Positions 26,639 to 35,215 are shown, counted from the first letter of the stretch. The stretch is 39,288 nt of DNA from Clostridia bacterium (GCA_017436375.1 JAFSDF010000068.1:1-39288); one strand, 5' to 3'. The notes: generated by a model not told the origin, from the letters alone. Program-made: numbers and translations.

Positions 26639-26941
26639 TTATTCTATAACTTCAAGATAAAAGCTTACAGGACGGAAGCCGTCATTACAGGAAAGCATAG
26701 CGGACCTTTTATTTTTCATCCAGCCATCATAAAAATCCTCACCGCCATGAGCCAGTGCCATTACAAAGGGAGAAAGCGTCTCCCAGGCACTGTCACAGAA
26801 ATTCTCGGGCTTTTTCCAGCCCTCACAGACAAAGACCTGTCCTTCCTCAATGTCACAGGCATGTTCAATGGGGTTTTCATATTTTTCTATAAGATCATCG
26901 TAACGGGCTTTTCGCATTACGGTGATTTTTACTTTTTTCAT
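26639..26941 (-). CDS. TIGR04076-family small protein
   Basis: 100 aa. By recall, the sequence resembles TIGR04076 members (KITV.R....DL...Y.......C...EGQVF......P..FC..AW......, C.DG.RPV.F..E). It ends 12 nt upstream of the ArsC-family gene. Confidence 0.55.
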   Translation of the reverse strand: MKKVKITVMRKARYDDLIEKYENPIEHACDIEEGQVFVCEGWKKPENFCDSAWETLSPFVMALAHGGEDFYDGWMKNKRSAMLSCNDGFRPVSFYLEVIE

Positions 26942-27076
26942 TCTATCACTCCCTTTTTATTATATTAGCATACTTGTTTTCTGTTGTAAACTTTTTTACA
27001 TTGAAAACAGTTTTACCGTTGTGTATTTTTTACATTTGTGTTATAATGACCGCAGAAAACACCAAGGAGAACAGAT

Positions 27077-28051
27077 ATGACTAACGAATACCCTAATCCT
27101 TTTATTCCGGAGCGTGCGGATCCCTACATAACTGAGGGTGACGGCTGCTACTACTTCACAGCCTCATATCCCGCTTTTTACGATGCGGATCACGGCTATG
27201 ACAGAATTATACTCAGAAAAGCCGACACTGTGGCAGGTCTTGCCGAAGCGGAAGAAAAGGTAATATGGAAAGCTCACGAAACAGGCAATATGGCAAGGCA
27301 TATCTGGGCGCCCGAGCTTCATAAAATCGGCAGTAAATGGTATGTTTTCTTCGCTGCCGGAGACAGTGACAATGTATGGAACATCCGTCCCTATCTGCTT
27401 ATGTGTGAGGGTGACGATCCTTATGTAGACAGCTGGGCAGAAATGGGAAGAATGCAGGCAAGCGACGATGACGATGAGTCCTTCTCCTCATTTTCTCTGG
27501 ATATGACCTACTTCGGACATAAGGGAAGGCACTACCTTATATGGGCAGAAAGCCGTCCCGATTCCTCTCTCTTTATGGCGGAGATAAGCCCGGAAAACCC
27601 GCAGAAGCTTATTACCAAGCCCATACTTCTCACGAAGCCCGAATATGACTGGGAAAAGGTGAGATTCCGTGTAAATGAGGGTGCATCGGTGCTTAAAAGC
27701 GAGGATAAGCTAATTGTTTTCTTTTCCGCCTCGGGTACGGGCAGCGAGTACTGCATAGGTATGGTTTATACGGATGCCGACAAGGATCCTATGGTAAAGG
27801 AAAACTGGATCAAATGCACCTCCCCCGTTCTTTCTACCTCCGATTTACAGGGTGAATCGGGGCCGGGACACAACAGCTTCGTTTACGATGAAAAGGGCAG
27901 ACTTCTACTCGTCTACCACGCACGCCCCGAAGCCCATCTGCAAAAAAAATGCGGCACATACTGCGACGAATCCCTTTACGACCCCTGCAGACATGCACGC
28001 ATCCGTTTCGTCACCTTCGACGAAAACAATATGCCAATTATAGAAAGGTGA
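27077..28051 (+). CDS. Glycoside hydrolase family 43 (arabinofuranosidase/xylosidase-like), cytoplasmic
   Basis: 324 aa with the motifs NPFIPERADPYI, IWAPELHKIGSKWYVFFAAG and VNEGASVL, and no signal peptide. Confidence 0.75.
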   Translation: MTNEYPNPFIPERADPYITEGDGCYYFTASYPAFYDADHGYDRIILRKADTVAGLAEAEEKVIWKAHETGNMARHIWAPELHKIGSKWYVFFAAGDSDNVWNIRPYLLMCEGDDPYVDSWAEMGRMQASDDDDESFSSFSLDMTYFGHKGRHYLIWAESRPDSSLFMAEISPENPQKLITKPILLTKPEYDWEKVRFRVNEGASVLKSEDKLIVFFSASGTGSEYCIGMVYTDADKDPMVKENWIKCTSPVLSTSDLQGESGPGHNSFVYDEKGRLLLVYHARPEAHLQKKCGTYCDESLYDPCRHARIRFVTFDENNMPIIER

Positions 28052-28056
28052 AAGCT

Positions 28057-29400
28057 ATGAACAGAAAATTTCTTATCGTCGGCGCAGGCAGAAGCGGTAT
28101 CTGCTGTGCAAAAATGCTCCTGGAAACAGGCGATGATTTCGTAATATACGACGGAAACATAAATCTCGACAAAAAAGCCACCGAGGAAAAAATCGGAAAG
28201 AGCGGCATCACATTTATTCTTGATAAGATAACCGAAAAGGACCTGGAGGGAATAGACGTCTGTGCCGTGAGCCCCGGTGTCCCCTATAACAGCCCCGTGC
28301 TTACTATGGCAAAAGAAAAGGGCATACCCCTCTGGAGCGAAATCGAGCTCGCCTACCTTTACGATAAGGGCGAGATAATAGCTATTACGGGCACAAACGG
28401 AAAAACCACCACTACCTCTCTCGTTTATGAAATCGTAAAGGCACACAACGAAAACACACTGCTCGTAGGCAACATCGAAATCCCTTACACAGGTCTCGCC
28501 CTCACATCAAAGCAAGGCGGTGCCACGGTGGCAGAAATCAGCTCCTTCCAGCTGGAAACCATGGTGACCTTCAGACCGAAGGTGTCTGCCGTTCTGAACA
28601 TCACTCCTGACCATCTCGACCGTCACGGCACTATGGAGAATTACATCGAGCTGAAAAAGTCTATTACCAAAAATCAGACAGCAGAGGATTTCTGCGTTCT
28701 CAACTATGACGATGAGGTTCTCCGTGAATTCGGCAAAAGCCTTGCCTGTAAGGTGCTTTTCTTCTCCGCAAAAGAGGAGCTGACCGACGGTCTTTTCTAT
28801 AAGGACGGGACGGTTTACAAGGCTGAAAACGGTACTGCCGCTCCGTATCTCACACAGCAAGACACTAATCTCGTTGGTGTACATAATTTTGAAAACATTA
28901 TGGCGGCCATTCTTATGACCGAAGCCTTCGGTGTACCCGAGGAAACTATCAAAAAAGCAATAAAAGCCTTCCGTGCCGTAGAGCACCGCATAGAGTTCGT
29001 AGCCGAGAAAAACGGTGTTAAATACTACAATGACTCCAAGGGCACCAACACCGACGCGGCAATAAAGGCCATAGATGCTATGCCCTCGAAAACCGTACTC
29101 ATCGCAGGCGGCTACGACAAAAAGAGTGACTACGGCGAGTGGGTAAGCCACTTCCCAGGAAAGGTAAGAAAGCTTATCCTCATCGGTCAGACCAGAGAAA
29201 ACATCGCCGCCGCCTGTGAAAAAATCGGCTTTACGGATTATACTTTCGCAGAGAGTCTCCCGGAGGCTGTCGCTCTCGCCTCAAAGGAAGCAAAAGCAGG
29301 CGACTGCTGTCTACTCTCCCCTGCCTGTGCCTCCTGGGGCATGTTTAAAAGCTATCAGCAAAGAGGCGATATGTTTAAGGAAGAAGTAAATAAAATGTAA
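28057..29400 (+). CDS. murD: UDP-N-acetylmuramoylalanine--D-glutamate ligase
   Basis: I moved the start to MNRKFLIVGAGRSG (ATG at 28057), 5 nt after the GH43 stop. Motifs are GTNGKTTTTSL, NITPDHLDRHG and LLSPACASWGMFKSYQQRG. Confidence 0.9.
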   Translation: MNRKFLIVGAGRSGICCAKMLLETGDDFVIYDGNINLDKKATEEKIGKSGITFILDKITEKDLEGIDVCAVSPGVPYNSPVLTMAKEKGIPLWSEIELAYLYDKGEIIAITGTNGKTTTTSLVYEIVKAHNENTLLVGNIEIPYTGLALTSKQGGATVAEISSFQLETMVTFRPKVSAVLNITPDHLDRHGTMENYIELKKSITKNQTAEDFCVLNYDDEVLREFGKSLACKVLFFSAKEELTDGLFYKDGTVYKAENGTAAPYLTQQDTNLVGVHNFENIMAAILMTEAFGVPEETIKKAIKAFRAVEHRIEFVAEKNGVKYYNDSKGTNTDAAIKAIDAMPSKTVLIAGGYDKKSDYGEWVSHFPGKVRKLILIGQTRENIAAACEKIGFTDYTFAESLPEAVALASKEAKAGDCCLLSPACASWGMFKSYQQRGDMFKEEVNKM

Positions 29401-29451
29401 AAGTGAGGAGGCTGTCACGGTGTGATATGACAGCCTCCTCACTTTTATTTA
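29401..29451. terminator. Bidirectional intrinsic terminator between the convergent murD and modular secreted protein genes
   Basis: A 17-bp perfect stem, AAGTGAGGAGGCTGTCA (29401-29417) with TGACAGCCTCCTCACTT (29429-29445). T-rich sequence follows on the plus strand, while the minus-strand side offers only two Us before the adjacent gene's stop, so minus-strand activity is less certain. Confidence 0.85.
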
Positions 29452-29463
29452 AACATTCCGATT

Positions 29464-32052
29464 TTATTTAACCCTTACATTCTTTACACTGCTCCATGCA
29501 GAATATATCTTGGTTTTACCTACTGTCTTATAGGCTCTAACCTTTACATAGTACTTTTTACCCTTTGAAAGCTTTTTGATTGTAGTTTTCTTTGTCTTTG
29601 CCTTTTTGACTGTGACAGTCTTTGTGGTTTTCTTAGTAAATTTCTTTGAGGTTGAATATGTTACCTCATAGCCTGTTATATTGGCAATTTCCTTCCAGGA
29701 GGCCGTAAGCTGTTTTTTGCCTGCCTTAAGCGTAAGAGCAGTCTTAAGAGGCACTGTCTTGCCTGTGTAGGCAGATGAATAGGAGCCCTTATTAGTGCCT
29801 GCTATCGCTCTCACACGGAACTTGTAGGATTTGTTTGACTTAAGCTTCGTCACAGTGTAAGAGGTCTTTGAGGTAGTTTTTATGGTCTTCCACTTTTTGC
29901 TTATATACTGCTGAATTTCGTACTTTTCAGCACCTGTTACCTTTGACCAGGTAAGAGAAAGTGATGACTTTGTACCCGAAGCGAGCTTGACAGCTTTGGT
30001 TTTAAGACCGCTTACCTTCTTGAGCTTCTTTCTGTCTGTCTTTTTCTGTGCTACGATGATCTTTCCGCAGTCGGTACACTTCTTACCTGCTGTGAGACCT
30101 GTTGCCTTATATGTCGCGGCTTTAGCCTCGAGTGTAGTTATATTCTTGTGATTATTTGCGTTAAGTGAGCCGTAGTATGCACTGCAGACTGTACACTTTG
30201 CCCTTGTTCTGCAGGTGGCTGTCCCACCCTTATGACTATTTGCAGCGACAGGAATAATACCCCAAGAGGCAATATCATTGATAAGCTTATTCCCCACAGC
30301 ATCCTCGCTTATTTTACCGCAGGAGCATTTATAATAGGCTTGCTTACCCTCAGCATTACAGGTAGCCTCTGTCTTTTTAACAAGATTGTACGTACAGGTA
30401 TGTGCAAATTCATAGTAAAAGACTGCATTTTCTCCTCTGTAACCGCTGATTTCTTTTGCATCCTCACCGTTTACCGTAGCATTAAAATAAAGAATATCGA
30501 AATCAGTCGGATCGTAGTCTATTTCATAGTTTTTGTGCGGCTCTGCTTCGAAATACACGCTGTACCTGTGACCTGCTGTAAAGGTTTTCCCGTCGCCCTT
30601 TGACAGCTTAGCCTGAGCGGAGGCCTGCACATAAGTCATACCCTTACCTATGAGAGCCTCTCTCTCGGTAATATCAACCCAGTACATATCGATAATATCA
30701 TAACTGTCAGCACCGCATACTGCATCATAGTCAGGCACCTTACCTGCTACAGGGCTGTCCACACCTGAAGCATCCACATTGAATATGGACTGTACTACAG
30801 GCAAGCCGAAATTACAGTCAAAGAAGGCATTCTCACCTCTGTAGCCGCTGCCCTCTGATGCATCCTTGCCGTTTACAGTGGCGGCAAAGTAGAGAATATC
30901 CTCTGCATCATAGTCGATTTCATAGCCGTCCTGAGGCTTTACCTCCATACATAGCAGATATTCGTGACCCTCCTCGAAGGTTTTGCCGTCGCCCTTTACA
31001 AGCTTCGCCTGAGCGGAGGCCTGCACATAAGTCATACCCTTACCTATGAGAGCCTCTCTCTCGGTAATATCAACCCAGGACAGACCGACGATATCGTAGC
31101 CGGCGGCGGTGGGGAAGGCTTCATAGTCAGGCTCTTTACCTGCTATGGGAACAGATATGCCGACTATGTCGATGTTAGTGATAGTTTTAAAAGGAACGAA
31201 ATATTCGTATTCTACACCGCGAACATAATCAATATCCCATGTATCACAGATATTATCTTCACCTATTACAATACCATTGACCATTATATCGGCTATATTC
31301 TCACCGTTTGCATCTGTTCTGAACCGGTAGCCGTTGGCAAAATCTGTTCTGAGCCAGAGTGAATATTTGTAGGTTTCACCTGCCACAAAAGCCTCATCAT
31401 AGTCCCATGCCTCATAGTTGTTTTCACTGAGCTTATGAGTCCATGTAACCATACCGTTTGCATATACACCTTCGGTAAGAACATTACAGTCATTATCAGG
31501 ATACTCTCCTGCCTTCGGAATTTTAAGACCTGTAACTTCAACAGAAACGATAGATTTTTTGGTACATTCGTATGTAGCCGATACTACCCTGTATTCGGAA
31601 TTTGTGTTACCTGTAGGGACAGTAACCGTTCCCGATTTATATGTCATACCATCGACATCTGCGGTCATCTCGTAAATCTTAGCTGTTACGCTGTCTTTGA
31701 ATACCGTGCTTGAATTATTAGGCATCACAAAAATACGCACACGGTATTTTTTGCCCAGTTCAAAGGATTCGTTTTTCGCCATCTCCCTTTCCTTGAGTGT
31801 GGAGCCCGAATTTGCTTGGGTAAGCTCAAACCAACAAATACCGTTGATTGGGCTGTAGCCTTCGATGTACTGCTTTGAAACCAGATTAACATTAATGTAA
31901 TCAATATCATAGTCCGGCTTATTTCCTGCAAGAGGGGCAAGCAGATTCTCGATTCCTATGGTACCGATTTCGGTGACGGCATGTGCTGTCATTGAGAAGG
32001 CAGACACTGTCAGTACCAGTACAAAAAGCATAACCAACATTTTCTTTTTCAT
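29464..32052 (-). CDS. Secreted modular protein: four paralogous modules of about 130 aa, a Cys-rich segment and two lysine-rich Fn3 domains
   Basis: The likely start is MKKKMLVMLF (ATG at 32052; the track ORF starts at 32058, too close to the GGAGAA RBS). The signal peptide ends in ...SMTAHA. The four modules share I/V..V.G...P.AG..PDYD. The Cys-rich stretch reads HTCTYN...ATCNAEG..YYKCSCG...TATCRTRAKCTVC...KKCTDCG. The C-terminus has two Fn3-like units (LSLTWSKVTGAEKYEIQ.., LTASWKEIANITGYEVTY..). Confidence 0.8.
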   Translation of the reverse strand: MKKKMLVMLFVLVLTVSAFSMTAHAVTEIGTIGIENLLAPLAGNKPDYDIDYINVNLVSKQYIEGYSPINGICWFELTQANSGSTLKEREMAKNESFELGKKYRVRIFVMPNNSSTVFKDSVTAKIYEMTADVDGMTYKSGTVTVPTGNTNSEYRVVSATYECTKKSIVSVEVTGLKIPKAGEYPDNDCNVLTEGVYANGMVTWTHKLSENNYEAWDYDEAFVAGETYKYSLWLRTDFANGYRFRTDANGENIADIMVNGIVIGEDNICDTWDIDYVRGVEYEYFVPFKTITNIDIVGISVPIAGKEPDYEAFPTAAGYDIVGLSWVDITEREALIGKGMTYVQASAQAKLVKGDGKTFEEGHEYLLCMEVKPQDGYEIDYDAEDILYFAATVNGKDASEGSGYRGENAFFDCNFGLPVVQSIFNVDASGVDSPVAGKVPDYDAVCGADSYDIIDMYWVDITEREALIGKGMTYVQASAQAKLSKGDGKTFTAGHRYSVYFEAEPHKNYEIDYDPTDFDILYFNATVNGEDAKEISGYRGENAVFYYEFAHTCTYNLVKKTEATCNAEGKQAYYKCSCGKISEDAVGNKLINDIASWGIIPVAANSHKGGTATCRTRAKCTVCSAYYGSLNANNHKNITTLEAKAATYKATGLTAGKKCTDCGKIIVAQKKTDRKKLKKVSGLKTKAVKLASGTKSSLSLTWSKVTGAEKYEIQQYISKKWKTIKTTSKTSYTVTKLKSNKSYKFRVRAIAGTNKGSYSSAYTGKTVPLKTALTLKAGKKQLTASWKEIANITGYEVTYSTSKKFTKKTTKTVTVKKAKTKKTTIKKLSKGKKYYVKVRAYKTVGKTKIYSAWSSVKNVRVK

Positions 32053-32319
32053 AATCATTTCTCCTTTTACAAAATTTTTACTCTTTTATCACAGCACTCT
32101 CTTGATTGAAAAAGTCAGATTATGCTATAATAAATTGAATACAGATAAATATACGGGGCGGCTTCTGTTTCCGTTGGCGCGCAGACAGAGGCTTTGTGAA
32201 AAAGCACAAATAGGGAGCCCCTTCCGTGGCAAGATTATACCCTCCTTTGTATACTCCTGCGATTATATTATACTACGGTACCCGACCGAAGTCCCCACAC
32301 TTTAAGCAGAAACCAAAGA

Positions 32320-32343
32320 AAAAAGGGTGGGAAAAAGGGTGGG
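32320..32343 (+). promoter_or_regulatory. Perfect tandem 12-mer (AAAAAGGGTGGG x2) just upstream of a TATACT -10-like box
   Basis: The units lie at 32320-32331 and 32332-32343, with TATACT at 32345-32350, about 40 nt upstream of the LuxR-type gene ATG. Confidence 0.4.
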
Positions 32344-32387
32344 ATATACTTTAAAAACAACTTTTTTACCACAGAGGGAGACTTTAA

Positions 32388-33464
32388 ATGAAAAAAATTC
32401 TGACATTATCCACGGTGTGTCTTTTAATGCTTCTGACACTGACAGGCTGCGGTCCTATAGGAGACAAAACAGCAAGCCTGTCCGTAATATACATAGCCAC
32501 CACAGTGATTTCCTTTATCGTTCTGCTGACCTACTGCTGTATCATAAAGAAAAGAGATATATGGTTTCTTTTACTCTTTTCTATGGTTTCGGTAGTGAAT
32601 CTGGGTTATCTTGCTCTGTCTGTTTCCACGACACTGGAGGAAGCACTTTTAGCCAACCGTATTTCCTATCTCGGCTCAGTTTTCCTCCCCTTTTCTATGC
32701 TTTTTATTATTCTCAATGTCTGCAGATATAAATACAGAAAATGGATACCCATACTTCTCGGTGCTGTGAGTGTGATTATGTTTTTCATCGCCGCCTCACC
32801 GGGCTATTCGGACATATACTATAAGGAAGTAACCTTAGTTACTGCAAACGGTGTCACCGTACTCGACAAGGTTTACGGACCCTGGCATCCCCTTTATCTT
32901 TTTTATCTCGTTTTCTACTTCGTGGCTATGATAATCTCCACAGTCTGTGCCGCTGCCAAAAGAAAAATCCCCACCACCCGTCAAGCTGTAGTCCTCACGG
33001 TAGCTGTTATGGTAAATATAGGTGTGTGGCTTATCGAGCAGTTAGTAAGGATAGATTTCGAATTTCTCTCCGTTTCCTACATCATCTGCGAAATGTTCCT
33101 TCTGAGTCTCTGCTTTATTCTTCAGGATGGGCATCCCTCCGCTATCGCAGAATCCGGGATTAAGCCCGACTCAGGAGCAGAAGAAGAATCTGTTCCCGCC
33201 GAAAACATTACAGAAGTGCAAAATGAAGCCCTTCGTATGCAGTGTGAGCTTTTCATCTCACAGATTAAAACTCTAACCCCTACCGAAAAGACCATTTTCA
33301 ATTTATATCTTGACGGCAGAAGCACCAAAGAAATTATGGAGGAGCTGAATATAAAAGAAACCACCCTCAAATACCACAATAAAAACATTTATGGCAAATT
33401 AGGTGTTTCCTCACGAAAGCAGATGCTTGAGCTGGCATCAAAGCTAAAAATAAACAATTCATAA
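32388..33464 (+). CDS. Membrane-embedded LuxR/GerE-type one-component regulator (lipobox signal, 7 TM, C-terminal HTH)
   Basis: The N-terminus MKKILTLSTVCLLMLLTLTGC carries an LTGC lipobox. Seven hydrophobic segments follow. The C-terminus LTPTEKTIFNLYLDGRSTKEIMEELNIKETTLKYHNKNIYGKLGVSSRKQMLELA is a LuxR-type HTH. Confidence 0.75.
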   Translation: MKKILTLSTVCLLMLLTLTGCGPIGDKTASLSVIYIATTVISFIVLLTYCCIIKKRDIWFLLLFSMVSVVNLGYLALSVSTTLEEALLANRISYLGSVFLPFSMLFIILNVCRYKYRKWIPILLGAVSVIMFFIAASPGYSDIYYKEVTLVTANGVTVLDKVYGPWHPLYLFYLVFYFVAMIISTVCAAAKRKIPTTRQAVVLTVAVMVNIGVWLIEQLVRIDFEFLSVSYIICEMFLLSLCFILQDGHPSAIAESGIKPDSGAEEESVPAENITEVQNEALRMQCELFISQIKTLTPTEKTIFNLYLDGRSTKEIMEELNIKETTLKYHNKNIYGKLGVSSRKQMLELASKLKINNS

Positions 33465-33470
33465 AACCAA

Positions 33471-33508
33471 AGCAGGTACTTTCCGCAAACAGGAAAATAC
33501 CTGCTGTT
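33471..33508. terminator. Hairpin terminator between the convergent LuxR-type gene and spoVT
   Basis: AGCAGGTA (33471-33478) pairs with TACCTGCT (33498-33505), followed by GTTTTATT. Confidence 0.6.
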
Positions 33509-34048
33509 TTATTCCTCCATCTGCTTGCTCATAAAGCCTGCCGCTACCTGAGTAAGCTTTACATCGACCACACCGGGAGTTTTCTTTTTATCATCACAGA
33601 GAAGGACTACTGCGCCTAAAATATCACCCGCACCGATAATGGGACTCATCACCGCTACCTCACGGGGCATTTCCTCGGAGACTACTATGTTATCCTTATC
33701 CGTGCCGAGAGTAAAGCCGCTGCGTCTTTCCATGTAGCTTTCAAGCATAGGGGAAATCCTTTTTCCGACGATGTCCTTTTTAGGCATACCTGCCGCCGCT
33801 ACCACTCTGTCCCTGTCACAGATAACCGCCGCCTGCCCCGTAGTCCGTGCCAGAACATCAGCATACTGCTTGGAATCTGCACCAAGCTCACCTACAGGTG
33901 AGTATTTTTTAAAGATTACCTCTCCATCCGCCTGAGTGTAGATTTCGAGAGGGTCGCCCTCACGGATTCTCATCGTGCGGCGGATTTCTTTAGGGATGAC
34001 GACTCTGCCAAGGTCATCTATACGACGTACAATACCTGTTGCTTTCAT
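33509..34048 (-). CDS. spoVT: Stage V sporulation protein T (AbrB-type N-terminal domain plus GAF-like C-terminal domain)
   Basis: 179 aa beginning MKATGIVRRIDDLGRVVIPKEIRRTMRIREGDPLEI (SpoVT/AbrB swapped-hairpin motif). Length and C-terminal domain match SpoVT rather than AbrB. Confidence 0.85.
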   Translation of the reverse strand: MKATGIVRRIDDLGRVVIPKEIRRTMRIREGDPLEIYTQADGEVIFKKYSPVGELGADSKQYADVLARTTGQAAVICDRDRVVAAAGMPKKDIVGKRISPMLESYMERRSGFTLGTDKDNIVVSEEMPREVAVMSPIIGAGDILGAVVLLCDDKKKTPGVVDVKLTQVAAGFMSKQMEE

Positions 34049-34166
34049 ATATATCTTTCTCCTCTTAATGCAAATTGTGATGTTAGTATCTGTAAATCAA
34101 AAAGAAATATACAACTTTTCATTCGTCCGGTTGAATAAGCAAAACCAAAACTCATCCAACAAGTTA

Positions 34167-34195
34167 TTGAAAGATAGCGAGCGCAAAGATATAAT
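34167..34195 (+). promoter_or_regulatory. Sigma-70-type promoter for the AT-rich XRE gene
   Basis: TTGAAA (34167-34172), a 17-nt spacer, then TATAAT (34190-34195). Confidence 0.55.
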
Positions 34196-34239
34196 ATACA
34201 TGTAAGTCGGCTTAACTAAAAAATAAAGAAGGTGTTTTA

Positions 34240-34770
34240 ATGATCAATAACAAAGAGTTTGGTAAAACAATTACTTTTTTACGTACACAAAAAGGTATTA
34301 CACAAGCAGACCTTGGTGAGCGATTGGGCGTGTCCTTCCAAGCGGTCAGCAAATGGGAGCGTGGAGAAACATATCCTGATATATCTATATTAACAGATTT
34401 GGCAGATGTTCTTGAAACAACAACAGATTATCTTCTTCGTTCAGGCGAAACTACTCTATCATTCAAAGGAAAAGTCAGTGTAAGTGATATGATAGATGGA
34501 ATTAATAGTTTGAAAGCTATGGGTGAACTTTTGGGAAAAGAAAATATCATTTATCGTCACGCCATAAATGGAATAAACCAAGGCATGAACACAGATATCG
34601 AAGCTGCATTTAATGATGAATTCATTTTCGAGGGATTCGTTGCAGAAGCAATCATCCAAAATCTAAAAACAGGTTTCTATGTTGATACAACTGATATCAA
34701 ACGAAATTTCAAATATGAACATTTTCGCAATATCGCTCTTGACTATGTAAAAAAATATGATATTAAGTAA
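34240..34770 (+). CDS. XRE-family HTH protein, soluble, with an unknown C-terminal domain
   Basis: 176 aa. The HTH region reads GITQADLGERLGVSFQAVSKWERGETYPDISILTDLADVL. Its base composition and codon choice differ from neighbouring genes. Confidence 0.7.
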   Translation: MINNKEFGKTITFLRTQKGITQADLGERLGVSFQAVSKWERGETYPDISILTDLADVLETTTDYLLRSGETTLSFKGKVSVSDMIDGINSLKAMGELLGKENIIYRHAINGINQGMNTDIEAAFNDEFIFEGFVAEAIIQNLKTGFYVDTTDIKRNFKYEHFRNIALDYVKKYDIK

Positions 34771-34846
34771 TTAGCACAACTAAAAGCGAGGTGAAAGTCA
34801 CCCCTCTTTTGCTTACTCGTTAATCGTCTTAAAATTGCAGATAATG

Positions 34847-34887
34847 AAGCTCTCCTGAGGCAATCCTGCCTCGGGAGAGCTTTTTTT
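34847..34887 (+). terminator. Intrinsic terminator after the XRE gene
   Basis: AAGCTCTCCTGAGGCA-ATCC-TGCCTCGGGAGAGCTT is followed by TTTTTT. Confidence 0.85.
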
Positions 34888-34933
34888 GCATATTCTTTTT
34901 TATGAGTGCATATATTTCTTCGGGGGGATTAAT

Positions 34934-35215
34934 ATGAAGTATTTACCCGAAGAAAGAGCAAAAGAGCTGGCTCTTTACATAATCGAAACAGGTGCTACCG
35001 TAAGACAGACGGCCAAGCGCTTCGGTATAAGCAAAAGCACCGTACATACGGATATAACGGCTAGACTTATGAAAAGCGAGCCCGACCTTTATGATAGGGT
35101 GCGCCTCGTCCTCGATATTAACAAAGAGGAAAGACACATTAGAGGCGGTGAGGCGACGAGAAAGAAATTCGGAATGCGGAATTCGGAATGCGAAATTGCG
35201 GGCAAGGATTCATAA
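34934..35215 (+). CDS. spoIIID: Sporulation transcriptional regulator SpoIIID
   Basis: I moved the start to MKYLPEERAKEL (ATG at 34934). It has the HTH GATVRQTAKRFGISKSTVHTDI and the basic region RHIRGGEATRKKF. The last approximately 14 codons lie within or adjacent to the heptamer repeat. Confidence 0.85.
   Translation: MKYLPEERAKELALYIIETGATVRQTAKRFGISKSTVHTDITARLMKSEPDLYDRVRLVLDINKEERHIRGGEATRKKFGMRNSECEIAGKDS

Noticed and set aside
32327-32731. A 134-aa ORF overlapping the start of the LuxR-type gene in another frame
   Set aside because: It has no RBS. The overlapping frame starting at 32388 has an RBS, a lipobox, TM helices and a LuxR HTH.
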